A stretch of DNA of 64,000 bases from Octopus sinensis (Eukaryota): assembly GCF_006345805.1 (NCBI RefSeq), contig NC_043003.1:92008001-92072000 (forward strand), in the 5' to 3' direction. Position numbers and translations under genes: made by a program. The notes below the pieces were generated by a model. That model saw nothing but the letters and a program-made list of their open reading frames with translations, searched no databases and had not been told where the DNA came from. Positions 1 through 12,465 of the stretch are shown here, piece after piece (the first letter of the stretch is position 1; each line of letters starts with the position of its first letter).

Positions 1-339
1 TACGAGTGCTTGTGAATCAGCTATCGCGTCTACAAGTGTTGGTGTGCACAAGTCTAGTGCGAGTGAAAGTGATTCAGAGAACGATTATAATAACGATAAT
101 TTTTATTATAAATGACCTTGCCATTCTTTTCACTTCACGCAAAATATTCTTTACATTCTACTGTTGTTTTATTGCCATTTATTTCCGAGTATTATAAATT
201 TTATAGGTAAAATATTTTTCTGGGTACGAATTATGGTTTATAACATTGGTACTATGGGTAATCATTGCTTTGCTTTACGAGTTTTCTTTACGAGTGGTCT
301 CCGGGAACAAATCAACTCATATATCGAGACATTACTGTA

Positions 340-540
340 CACACGCACGCACGCACTCACGTCACGCACGCACTCACGCCACGCACGCACTCACGTCACG
401 CACGCACTCACGCCACGAACGCACTCACGCCACGCACGCACTCACGCCACGCACGCACTCACGCCACGCCGCACTCACCCACGCCACGCACTCCGCACTC
501 ACCTCACTCACGCCACGCACGTACTCACGCCACGCACACA
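340..540. repeat. Imperfect tandem repeat, about 17-bp unit (CACGCACGCACTCACGC)
   Basis: Unit visibly repeated about 11 times; explains the HARTHSR/THALT spurious ORFs. Confidence 0.9.
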
Positions 541-604
541 TTATATAAATAATGATTATTACATATTCTTTTATTGTATTAATATTAATTTACATTGTTT
601 CCCG

Positions 605-639
<35 letters not shown>

Positions 640-1350
640 GGGTGCGGACGGTATTTGAGGATAGATTTATGGTTTAACATTTATGTAATAACAGAAAAAA
701 AACTGTATTTTTATAAAAATAACATAGACATTAAGCGAAATTATCTATTTAACAATTTCATTCAATAAAACCACCACAAGCATCAGTAACTGCCTCTACG
801 TGGGGTCGAAATAGTTTACAAGCTCAGATTAAATGATCCTTGTTCATATCGGACATGATTCGAACTACGACATTTTTCTCAACGATGTACCATACATAGT
901 AGTCCAGTGGATTGAGATCTGGAGAATTAGGAGGTCAAATATTGGGGGTGATGTTATCATGCAAATTGTCAGCCATCCATTCTTGTGTCATTTGAGCCTT
1001 GTGTGATGCTGCAAAATCTTGTTGAAAGGCATAAGGCCTTCCATTGCATGCACTGTTGATCACAACTTTATCCAGAAACTCAACATACGCAGCAGTATCC
1101 ACCCTAAGGCCTTGTGGGAAAAAGTGAGGAAGCATCAAATGTGCTTCATTGCTAACAACATCCAAAAGCATGACACTTGCAGGAAATTTTATGTGCATTA
1201 CTCTTGGGACCCCAGAAGGGTCTGTACATACCATCTGTCATTTCTTCTATTAGTTTTCTGGTCCTGGACAAAGTTTTTCTCATCTGAAAAAAATCAAATC
1301 CCACCATCTAATGGATTTTTAAGTTTGTTCAAAACTTTTCTGGATCTGAT
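640..1350 (-). mobile_element. Tc1/mariner-superfamily transposase fragment (maT/DD37D-like), degenerate
   Basis: Minus-strand translation: KFPASVMLLDVVS..LPHFFPQGLRV..FQQDFAASHKAQMTQEW..PPNSPDLNPLDYYVW with a stop. Confidence 0.8.
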
Positions 1351-1369
1351 TAAACGATTTTTTCCTTCT

Positions 1370-1416
1370 TTGTTCTTTTCTTTTTCTTTCTTTCTTTTTT
1401 TTTTTCTTTCTTTCAT

Positions 1417-1448
<32 letters not shown>

Positions 1449-1468
1449 TTCTTTCCTTTCTTTCTTCT

Positions 1469-1528
<60 letters not shown>

Positions 1529-1530
1529 TT
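1370..1530. repeat. (TTTC)n microsatellite
   Basis: Direct reading. Confidence 0.95.
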
Positions 1531-2160
1531 TTGTTTTACATGAATTGACCTCTTCTCATCACATAAGATTTGTATCTGATATCTTTATGCACAATATTTC
1601 TGACTGTTTTTTTCTGACACACGAAATTTTTTTGCCATTGACCTCATTGATTTTCCTGGATTGTCTTCCAGAAAAATAGATATTCTGAATGAATTTTTTA
1701 TAAATACGCTTCACACGGTGTAGAACTCGATTATATCGGAATTTGATAAGAAAAGAAAAATAGTGAATATGCACACATACATACTGGCACATCACAATTT
1801 CGACATTGCAAATTTCATTTTGTGGATATATATGGATATATAAATTTTGTGGTTTTATTTCGATATTATATTAAAGTATAATCGCAACCTACACACTCTG
1901 AAAGGCATTTGTACAAAATTTCATTAAAAAATACTAATTTTCTGAAAGCCATAAGGAAGCAAAGCCGAGTCGTGTGAATTTTCCGAAACTCCTCTCCTCA
2001 CTTACGGAAAAAGTCCTTTCTCAAAAAATTCCGATATAACCGGAATCTATACCTTCTGAAGCGCGTTTGTAGAAAGTTTTATAAAAAATATCCATTTTTC
2101 TGTAAGTTATGAAGAAACGAAGTCGGTTGATGGCACACATGTGTAGGTATGCCTGCACAC

Positions 2161-2545
2161 ACTCTTTTACTTGTTTCAGTCATTTGACTGCGGCCATGCT
2201 GGAGCACCGTCTTCAATCGAGCAACTCGACCCCGGGACTTATTCTTTGTAAGCCCAGTACTTATTCTATCGGTCTCTTTGCCGAACCGCTAAGTAACGGG
2301 GACGTAAACACACCAGCATCGGTTGTCAAGCAATGCTAGGGGGACAAACACAGACACACAAACATACACACACATACATATATATATATACATATATACG
2401 ACAGGCTTCTTTCAGTTTCCGTTTACCAAATCCACTCACAAGGCATTGGTCGGCCCGAGGCTATAGCAGAAGACACTTGCCCAAGATGCCACGCAGTGGG
2501 ACTGAACCCAGAACCATGTGGTTGGTAAGCAAGCTACTTACCTCA
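2161..2545 (-). mobile_element. tRNA-headed SINE family A with internal (CA)/(TA) tract
   Basis: Near-identical copy at 60140-60570, diverged copies near 26130-26520, 49745-50150, 54895-55250; minus strand begins with box A/B-like TGTGGTAAG..GGTTCAGTCCC. Confidence 0.85.
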
Positions 2546-2607
2546 CACACATTATTACAATACAATAATATTATTTTCCAACAAAAACTGGCACCTTGTT
2601 GTGCCAC

Positions 2608-2650
<43 letters not shown>

Positions 2651-2964
2651 GTGGTGTGTGTGTGTGTGTCTATAATTTTTTAGGAAGTTTAATGTTATGG
2701 CCGGCCATAGAGTGACCATTGGTTTCGCACCTATAAAGCACTCAGCAGCACAGGCGACTGTCAGATTCAACCGCACCTCTGTTTAAGCAACGTCAACCAC
2801 AAGGTTTAGGATACCGGAAGGTGCAACATAACGTCCCTGCTGTGATGTTCGATAACAGCGCACCACTTTTTGTTAAACTGCGCATGGTGTCACTTTGTCA
2901 TTAGCGGAAAATTTAAATAGGGACAAGCTTGTTTGTTATTATTTATATTTTGGAGAGTAATTGC

Positions 2965-3059
<95 letters not shown>

Positions 3060-3070
3060 CGTAGTAGTAG
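2965..3070. repeat. Compound (ATT)n(AGT)n microsatellite
   Basis: Direct reading. Confidence 0.95.
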
Positions 3071-3089
3071 AATTAGTATTTTAATTTTA

Positions 3090-3530
3090 TCACAGAGGCA
3101 AGTTTTGTCTAGCGAATGTTTGAAAAAAAGATGGGTGAATGTAGCAAGGATGGCACGTTTGAATGACGAAGCCACCTTGAGCATAATCCTATGAACCCGG
3201 AAAAATTTAAAACAGAGGGTTACCTACTTGCAAACAAATGTGTTAACATTATGACCGAGGTTACCGTGGTTTTTCCGTTGGCTTTTCTTTCCACGGATAA
3301 ACCCTATCTGCTTCCCCCTTTACACTTTACATGATGACATTCCTGTGATGCACGATCCCTATTGATCGTTTTTTTCTTTTTCTTTTCTTTCTTTTTTTTC
3401 TTTTTTTTCTTTTTCTTTCCCTTTTATGATCCCTTTTGATCGAAAACCTACCCCCCCTTTTTTTCTTTTCTCCCCATAAAGAAAAGCTCTACTTTGTAAT
3501 TTGTCCCGTCTGTGTGTAGCCCTGTGATCG
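3090..3530 (+). mobile_element. 5'-truncated 3' end of an L1/Tx1-type LINE
   Basis: RQVLSSECLKKRWVNVARMARLN..LSIIL* parallels the ORF2 C-terminus at 15060-15166, followed by a T-rich 3'UTR. Confidence 0.65.
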
Positions 3531-3894
3531 AATCCATGCTATGAAGCCACTACATATCCATTTTTTCGCCCTCCTTCTTGACTATTTGTCATGTGGGGCA
3601 TCTTACCAACTACCACCAGGCCCGGTTTGTTAAGCTCTAGCACCTGATCTATTTGGGAAATCCCAGAGGATTTTTCTAGTTTCCCACCCCACCACTCTCT
3701 GCTGGGTTTGTGCTCATACCACGTCTTGCCTCTCTCTACCCCCCCCCCACACATTACACTAGTTAACTATTACTTCTCTACCAACACTGACCTGCTACAT
3801 ATATTTTGCAGTCAACTGCTACTCACTAATACACAAAGCTCCAAAAGGTGGTGTAATGGGATATGAGACCAACTGAAGAAAGAATTTCGTCAAA

Positions 3895-4282
3895 TACGAG
3901 TTGGCAGAAACGTTGGCACGCTCGGGGAAATGCTTATCGGTATTTCGTCTGCCGTTACGTTCTGAGTTCAAATTCCGCCGAGGTCGACTTTGCTTTCATC
4001 CTTTCGGGTCGATAAATTAAGTACTAGTTATGCACTGGAGTCGATGTAATCGACTTAATACCTATGTCTGTCCTTGTTTGTCTCCTCTGTTTAGCCCCTT
4101 CTGGGTAGTAAAGAAATAGGTATTTCGTCTGTCTTTACGTTCTGAGATCAAATTCCGCCGAACTTGACTTTGCCTTTCATCCTTTCAGGGTCGATAAATT
4201 AAGTACTAGCTGCGTACTGGGGTCGATGTAATCGACTGGGCCCTCCTCCAAATTTTCGGGCCTTGTGCCTAGAGTAGAAAAA
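3895..4282 (+). mobile_element. tRNA-headed SINE family B with internally duplicated body
   Basis: TGGCAGAAACGTT..GAGTTCAAATTCCGCCGAGGTCGACTTTGCC..GTCGATAAATTAAGTAC body occurs twice; other copies near 5000-5170, 16621-16845, 17513-17680, 21355-21550 (-), 23275-23475. Confidence 0.85.
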
Positions 4283-5228
4283 GTATATCTGTATACATAA
4301 TACCTCCAATTATGTACGAATCAATCCCAACGATGCAAAAAAGTTAATTATACTTTCAATGTTCATCGTTTTAATATCACATAATTCCTTTCTATCAGAT
4401 CAACTTTCAATTTCAAAGAAAAATATTCTCCCAGTCTAATTTCATTGCCGTATTTAGTTGAATACTGCAGAACTATTTCACTTGTATTTTATTTAACTGA
4501 TATTGGCTGACTTCAGTAGTTTCTCTCTCTGGATCACAAAACGAAACATCACCTCAATTCCAACTTAGCCACTGAATGTTGTCATACCTATTATCTCAAT
4601 ATACGTTAACCATTTCTACGGTTTCTACAAATAGATTATAGTTCTTGCATGAATATAAACCTCTACTTCGTAAATCAGTAAGGTTGAGGAGGGAAGAAAT
4701 TGCCAAGAAATTTATTGAAACGTAGATGAGCGACGAGCTTGGTTCGAGCGAAAGAACCTTTTCTGAGCGTGTACCTGTAAACTGGAGGAGGACAACTGTG
4801 TGAAGGTACTTGCTTTATTGGTCAGTCCGATCTTGGTTTTGTCGTGCTTCCACGAATAGACCTCGGAGTCTCTCTGTTTTGGGCAACTATTCATTGTTTA
4901 GAATTTATTGTTTCTCTATTACTGTTATTCTGTTTTTTACTCGTTCTTTTATAGAGCATCTCGCTATATTGTTTAGTATCGTCTCAGTGTTATCGTCGAA
5001 ATGTTTAGCGGTATTTCTTCTGACTTATGACGTTCCGAGTTCAAATTCCGCCGGGGTCGACTTTGCATTTCATCCTTTCAGAGTCGATAAAATAAGTACC
5101 AGTTGAGTACTGGGGGTCAATGTAATCTCTCTTTCCTAAATTTCAGGCCTTGTGCCTATAGTAGAGAGGGTTATTATTATTGTTATTATTATTATTATTA
5201 TTATATTATTATTATTATTATTATTATT

Positions 5229-6899
5229 GAGTGAGAGAGCAGCGCATGCCAACAAAGTGACACTAGGATACAATTATACGAAGCCCAGTATATCCATTAT
5301 GACTACCCGTCTGATAAGGGTACACCAGGCACATGCATAACAGCCATATGTGTGCAACATGGTGATCTTATATCAAGATAAACAGCACATGACCTTGCAG
5401 GTGAGGCCCAGTTAGAATTTTCTTCAGGTCGAGTAGCCCACCCCACTCAAAAGCTCCATGAATAAGGGTTGTTTAAGGATGATGAACGAAACACCCATGT
5501 TTCCAGAGGTGAATTATTGAAACCCCAAAGAATTTGTCTCAGTCCATGGCTATGATGCTCCCCAACTACCTCTGCTCATGATCAGAGGTGCACATATAGA
5601 AAACAATGTATTGGGTTGGCAACTAAGTTCTCGCCATTTTTTAAATTTTGGAATTTATTGCGTTTTTAAATTTGGAAATCTATTTTTTTCGAGAATTCTA
5701 TTTTTGAATCATTTTGGAATCTATTTTGTTTTTGTTTTTTTTTTCTAGTTAACTTTAGTTAATGTTTGTTTATTTTCAGATCATTAAAATGGAATTACAA
5801 GTTAAGAAATACGAGTATTTTCGACACCTCCTTCTTTTTGCTTTTAATCAAGGTTCTAAGGCCGCAAAAGCTGCTCGCGACATTTGTGCTGTGTATGGAG
5901 AGGGTGCCATAGCTGACAGAACTGCTCGTGATTGGTATGCCAAGTTCAAAAATGGAAATTTTGACCTCAAAGACGCACCTCGTTCTGGCCATCCAGTTGA
6001 GTTCGATGAGGAGCGATTAAACCAAATTTTGCACGAAAATTCTCGTCAAACGACAAGGGAACTGGCAGAGAATATGGAATGCTCCCACACTGCTATAGAG
6101 AAGCATCTTCACTGGACGGGAAAGGTTCAGAAGTATGGGGCATGGGTTCTGCATGCTTTAAGTGATAACAACAAAAATCAACGAGCCACAATCTCCGTTG
6201 GTTTGCTTGCTCGTCACTGCTCAACTCATGAACACAAGTAACGATTTCTTTACTGAATCGTTAATGGTGACGAAAAACGGTGCCTGTACATCAATATGAA
6301 GCAGTATAATGAATGGCTTAACCCCGGTAAACAAGCGACACCGTGCGTGAAACAAGATCTTCATCCGCGTAAAACGATGTTGTGTGTATGGTGGGACTAG
6401 GAAGGGATTATCCATTACAAATTGCTTGAACGGAACCAAACGGTCAACGCGGAACTCTATGTTCAACAGATGGAACGATTCAACATGGCTATTCAAGAGA
6501 AAAGACCTAATCGTCAGCATGGAGTTCTTCTGCTGCACGACAACACCTGCCCTCATATCGCCAATATGACCAAGGAAGCCATTCAAACGCATGGCTAGGA
6601 AGTGCTGCCCCACCCGCCGTACTCTCCTTATTTGGCACCAACGGATTTCCACCTCTTTCGATCTCTTTCAAATGCTACGCGCGGAGTTTCGTTCCAACGA
6701 GGTATTGAAAATCTTGTAGAACGTTGGGAAGAAGTTGTAAACAACAAGGGTGAATACATTATTGATTAATTAGTTGCTATTTTTTAATTAACCTTTTAAA
6801 AAATTTCAATTTAAAAAAACCGCCAGCCTAATACATAAGACTTCCAATCAGTTTAGAGAAGAAACCATGAGAGTCACTGCCTGGTATTGCATCAGGGCA
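5229..6899 (-). mobile_element. About 560-bp non-coding (ATT)n-embedded retroposon-like repeat, copy 1, split by mariner
   Basis: GAGTGAGAGAGCAG..CTGGTATTGCATCAGGGCA; the halves 5229-5610 and 6834-6899 rejoin to match the copies at 15420 and 15959. Strand is inferred. Confidence 0.8.
5611..6831 (+). mobile_element. Near full-length mariner (DD34D) transposon, inactivated
   Basis: TA duplication 5609-10/6832-33; ends TTGGGTTGGC / GCCAGCCTAA; transposase from ATG 5789 with GAWVLHAL, GDEK, HDN, HPPYSPYLAPTDFHLF motifs and in-frame stops. Confidence 0.93.
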
Positions 6900-6967
6900 T
6901 TTATTATTATTATTATTATTGTTATTGTTGTTGTTGTTGTTATTGTTGTTGTTGTTGTTATTGAGTG

Positions 6968-7408
6968 AGTGAGAGAGCAGTGCATGCCATCAAAGTGACA
7001 CTGGGATAAAATATACGAAGCCCAGTATACACATCATGACTAGTCGTCTGATAAGGGTACACCAGGCACATGCATCACAACCATATGTGCGCGACATGGT
7101 GATCTCATATGAAGATAAACAGCACATGACCTTGCAGGTGGGGCCCAGTTAGAATTTTCTTCTAGTCGAGTAACCCATCCCGCTCAAAAGGTCCTTGAAT
7201 AAGGGTTGTTTAAGGATGTTGAACGAAACACCTATGTTTCCAGAGGTGAATTATTCAAACTCCATAGAATCCCTCTCAACACATGGCTATGATGCTCCCC
7301 CACTACTTCCGCTCGTGATCAGAGATGCACATATTGTCAGCCACTAATGGACATGGTCAACTGGTTAAGGTCAAACGACTGACAAGCAAATCTGTGGTAT
7401 TGAGCAGA
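6968..7408 (-). mobile_element. (ATT)n-embedded repeat, copy 2 (truncated)
   Basis: Matches copy 1 and is flanked by ATT/GTT repeats on both sides. Confidence 0.85.
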
Positions 7409-7423
7409 TTATTATTATCATTA

Positions 7424-7480
<57 letters not shown>

Positions 7481-7489
7481 CATTGTTGT

Positions 7490-10400
7490 TGTTTTTGTTT
7501 GTATCTGGAGAGTGAGAGGACGCTTGTTCGTAGCTCGAGAGCTTTCTTTAAAATTTGTTGTTTTATTAGTTGGTATTCCAAACTTTGTGGAACTGTTAAC
7601 TAAATAACTCAGCTCGCTGCAAGCGGAGCGAGCTGGTTTGGCGAGAATTCGCCCTTTTAAAGGGCGAATTTTGAGATTTGAAATTGCAAATTTAATATTT
7701 TAATACGTAAAAACATCAATATGGCTTCTCAATCGAGTGAAGCGAAGGCTGTTGGAATAGTCGCTATGACATTGTTTTCTCACTACTAGTTGAGATGGTC
7801 GAAAAACGAAGCACAGACAGCAGCAACAGTAACAACAAAGATAGAAGCACAAGCAGCAGTAGCAGCAGCAGTGACGAACAAGATATATTTAAAAATGATG
7901 CGAGCACGACCTCCACCACTGTCCCCAACACCTACAAAATCCCCACCGTCACCGCCACCACCACTACCACAAACCTTAATAAAACGACAACATCGGCTGT
8001 TCTTTTTATTTTATGCAGATTAGAAACAGTTTCGTACAAGACTATCAGAAAATGGAAAAATATTGAGTGACGCTAAGATGGACTGAACAAAGAATGACTG
8101 AACAGTCTTCTTTAACACACCAGACAAAGTGCAAGGACACATTAAGAAGAAAAAAACCTTATATATAAATGTATTGCAATGAATACGAGAAGACTTGGGC
8201 GATGCAGGCCAGATGGAAAAACGCCTGAAACTGGTCTGTGGTTTAACAACTTATGTCGCCCTTAGGAGACGCTTTGGCACAATTGAGGTAAGATTCTCAA
8301 CTGAAGAATTAGCCATAGAAAATGCAACGACAATCATCAAAAGTTAGGAGTTCGGCTAATTCCGACTTATCTCGATCAGAGGGTCGTCATAATAAAGATA
8401 ACGGAGATTCCACCAGATGTGAACATCCCTTTGCTGGTATTATACGACATAGAGAACAAACAAAAATTCTGCGAGCCTACAGAATGTTAAAGGAGAATTG
8501 GTCAGGCACAAGTATGGAATTGATGGTATACGTTGATCGGAACAGTATCGAAGCTATCCCTGACTTGATCAACCTCCATAATGGAACACTGTTATCTGTA
8601 GCAGTAGAAGGCAGAAAACCGTGAAACCACACTTGTAGCGAAACAAACCGTTTAGAGGCTTTCTATCCCAAGCAAAGAAAAGAAATCGATGCTGCAGACA
8701 CCTCGAATAACAACAATAGCAGCAACAAAAACAACAGAAGCAACAACAATGCCAACAGCATCAGTGCCAAAAACAGCATCATCAGAAAGCACAGCAAGAG
8801 AGAGACCCATTCAGCAACATCAGCAGGAAGCACTAGTACCACAACCGAGAAAACAATAACAACACCTGCACCAATGCAACCGAGTTAAACCTTACCTTCA
8901 CCTGTCGACCAAATCACCAGATTAGAAACGCATGACTGTACAGACATACCTGTCCCACTTGACACAGATCTTTCCTACGTGAAATCTCGTCTAGTGAAGA
9001 AAACAGTCTTGGAAACTCATCAGAATGGATCCTGGTGAAAGGAAAAAGGGGAAAAAATTACAAATGAAAAGCGCGGTACAAAACTAAAAACAAAATGATC
9101 AGAGGAGAAGACACAAATTAATAAACCATCACACACCAATGCAATCACAAACTTCTCCGACACTGCAAACACCACCATTACAAACACCTCAGTAAACGTA
9201 AACACATAGCAATCCAGATCAACATGAACAGCACTCCCAAGGCATCAATAATTAAACGACCGTAGACACAAACAACAAGAACATGCATATTACTTTGAAT
9301 GATACTCCGCATTCCCGCATAACACCAATTCACATAAAAATTATAAAAACAACACAATAAACAACAAACTGAAAGCAAAATATCCCAAAGAAATTAGATA
9401 TTTTCGTGGGACCATAAATAAAATGCTTGTGGAGACACTCACAAATAGCCAGAAGGAAAGAATATGTCTCTCCACAGAAATACGGTAACAAACATGGCTT
9501 TGCTAAGGACAGGCTGTATAAATGCATGTGACATAGAGTCAACTTGGAAGCAGGGCCACCTACTCGATGACCACTGGTCACTAAGTTTAGATGTAGTGAC
9601 TATCAGTGAAATCAGACTCTCCAACCGACAAGCTTCCTTACCTATTTTCGGTGGGTACGAGATTTTCTTATCTCCATGCCAACCGCAAATGTTGGGTGTA
9701 ACTGCAGTATCGTTCCGGAAAGGTCTAGATCTCAAGATAAGGACTAACTTCCTGGACCCTGAATTTAAGTTGGTGGTCCTGAATGTGGACAACAGCGACG
9801 GTGATACCTTCAGACTGGTGGGTGTTTATGCTTCGACAAGAGCAGGACAACCAGATTTCTTCAGACGTCTGGAGGCTTTCCTGGGAATGTCTCGACCTTT
9901 AGTGCTAATGAGTGACTGGAACACTATGTTGAACGCACGCTTAAATTGTGTGGGACTAACCGTTAGAAGAGCGGAGTGCAAAAGCCTCACAAACCTGCTC
10001 AAATGTTTTCAACTGTCTGACCGATACCGACTGGATTTGCCGAATGTGCCACTGTGGACATCGACGAACCGCATCGGGTCATCTAAGTCGTATCTAGATA
10101 GACTATTCTGTAGGCTAGTAGATAAAGGTAGTATACGTTGCCCACTTTTCAAAGTCGTCGGCTATACAGACCACAAATTTATGGTCTTCACTGTCGACTT
10201 AGATAGACTTCGTAGGCAGGGATCTGGTTACTGGAAGCTGAATCGTCACTCCCAGCGTGCCAAGCTTACAGAAACCGGATTAGCGAATTAATTAAGCGAG
10301 CGTTGACAGGGTCAGTTGTCAACAACAAATGGTGGTTTGTCCCGAAAAGGACAATTAGTGTATAATCAACTGGGTTTAGGCATTAACAATAAAAAAGAAT

Positions 10401-12455
10401 CGAATAGAGGGAAGCTTAGTTAAAAACTTAGAAGATGCGCTTTGGAAGGACATCGTAACCAACATGCTGGCGGCGAGATTGGACCAATTCTTCAACGCTA
10501 AGTACGCAGGATGTATTGTTAGAGCCAAAGCGCGTGCTCTAAGAAACGAGGAAACTGAAGTCGCTCGATAGGTCTGAGTGGTAGAGGGACAACGTAGCAA
10601 CAAAGCCACGGTTCGGTCATTGGCGAACCAAAGTGAGCGTACGATACTCAAGCCCGAAGTGTGAGGTGTGAGGCATATCAACAGCATTTTGCCCAACTGT
10701 TTGGGACGAATGGCAGCCGGAACGCGCTCGGTAAGGGAGTTGAGCGTTGCAAAATGCCGATAATAGCCGCAGAAGTACGGGCTGCAACGATGGGCTGCAC
10801 GGGGAGCAGAACACCTGGTGTGGATGATCTGTCCTCCGAGCTTTACTTTGAAATGGCAGACTTGCTTGGTCGCCTTTTAGCTGATATCTACCGCAACTGG
10901 CAGCTGAACAGGAGAATTCCTAATTCTGTGAATCGAGGAGAGGTGGCACTGCTGAGGAAAGACCCGAACCAGAAGGATGAAACTTTTAGGCCCGTAACGC
11001 TGCTGAACGCAGACTTCAAAGTTTTAGGCCTAAAACTTTCGATAGGGTCAACCAACAATACTTGGCGGCTGTTCTCACGACGTCCGGTTTCGGTCCAGTT
11101 TTCCGTGTGTGAATCGCTGCAATGAACAACGACATCTGATTGGTAGTTCGGGTGAATGATTACCTATCGGAACCATTCAACATCTGTACGTACAGACCTT
11201 AGAGCCACTACTGCGGAAATTGGAGATTTTGAGAGGTAGCCTGAGCGAACTAGGAGGTAGAAGAACCGTGTCGGCATATGCAGACGACGTCACCGTTATA
11301 GTATCGAATACCAGGCACATAGATCTGGTTTTCACTTTTCTAAAAGAATATGGGGCGGTTACAGGAACAAAAATTAATCAAGAAAAGTCAGTGGGCCTGC
11401 AACGTGGCACATGGAAATGCAGGTCCAAGTCGTCCAATAACGTCGTGGGACGCTGGATGGAGGAACCGGTTAAATTGTTTGGAGTCTGGTTCGGTTTGGA
11501 CCTCCAGGTGAAGAACTGGGACGAGATGACAAGCAGAGTGGCCAGTCCCCTTCAGAAATGGACCGAGAGAAAACTATACATGAAAGATCAGGCAGAGGTG
11601 ACGAATGCTTATATCACCTCCATTATATATTCCCGCCTGACCGTCTTACTTTGTTCCAGTTTACGTCCGACCCAAACTGGGGCGCGCACTCTTCCGCTTT
11701 CTGTGGAGGGGATGCGTTCCACTGGTCAGGCACTCCATTTGCTGCCAACACCCGCTAAATGGAGAGCTGGACATGCCGTGGCTGCAGATGCGCAGACATG
11801 CGCTTAGGCTACGATATCTCCCGGGCTGCCTTGACGGTGAGTAAGTATAATCGCCGTTTGTCACAAGGATTTTCCACAACTCGTCTCTTTGACCGAGCTG
11901 CAGTCCTAGATCTAGCGTAGACCGAGGCAGGGCGCCTGACATCTAGAGTGTCGTCAGGCACTCACAGTCTTCTGTCAGTTGAACAATGTGATCGGGGGTA
12001 GTTCCGCTCTGGCGTTGTTTGGAGGGTTAGTGGCGGGCAAGTGCAACGACGTTCTCGGGGAGATTCTGGATGTATATGAAAATCCCCTACCTGGTGCGTC
12101 CCGGAGGACTTTCGGGTCAAGGCCAATGGATAATTTCCAGAAATCCTTGTCCTGGCTGTGCTACCAGATGTGGTGGGCATGGCTGGTTCAGCATAATCTC
12201 TGTAGGCATGGCAATGCCGTCAGCCGGGCTTGCTCGAGATGCGCGCATAGCAACGAAGCTGTTCTGCACGCTCTCGTCCAGTGCCCGAGCATTGTTGACT
12301 TATGGGTTTATGCCTCACACCTACTGTCAAGTGTTGGACGGATCCAGCTATCAGCTGAATCTATTGTGAAGATAATCTATCCGCTTTCCTCTAAGAAACG
12401 AGTGAATTCAAGCCGCTCGATGATCCTGAGTGGAAGAGCCTCAGCATGTCAAGAA
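7490..12455 (+). mobile_element. L1/Tx1-clade LINE, near full length, degenerate (5'UTR, ORF1 remnant, APE endonuclease, RT, Cys/His C-terminus)
   Basis: 9464-10291 has APE motifs (GCINAC, TISE, GVYA, SDWN, SYLDR, YTDH, YWKLN); RT motifs TPGVDDL, FRPVTLLNADFKV, AYADD; CSRC..E.VLHALVQC. Confidence 0.88.
9464..10291 (+). pseudogene. APE-type endonuclease domain of LINE ORF2
   Basis: 275-aa ORF with EEP/APE motifs; the downstream RT is frameshifted. Confidence 0.88.
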
Positions 12456-12465
12456 ATGATGAACA

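Noticed and set aside
340-540. CRISPR-like array
   Set aside because: No unique spacers, no cas genes, eukaryotic context.
164-658. His/Thr/Arg-rich ORFs
   Set aside because: Translations of a tandem repeat that is open in all three frames.
2939-3194. Poly-Ile/Ser/Leu ORFs (also poly-Tyr 7325, YI/CV repeats 37730, HTYI 61354)
   Set aside because: Microsatellite translations.
6880-6891. CCTGGTATTGCA match to U2 snRNA
   Set aside because: Only 12 nt, differs in other copies of the repeat, and no other U2 sequence is present.
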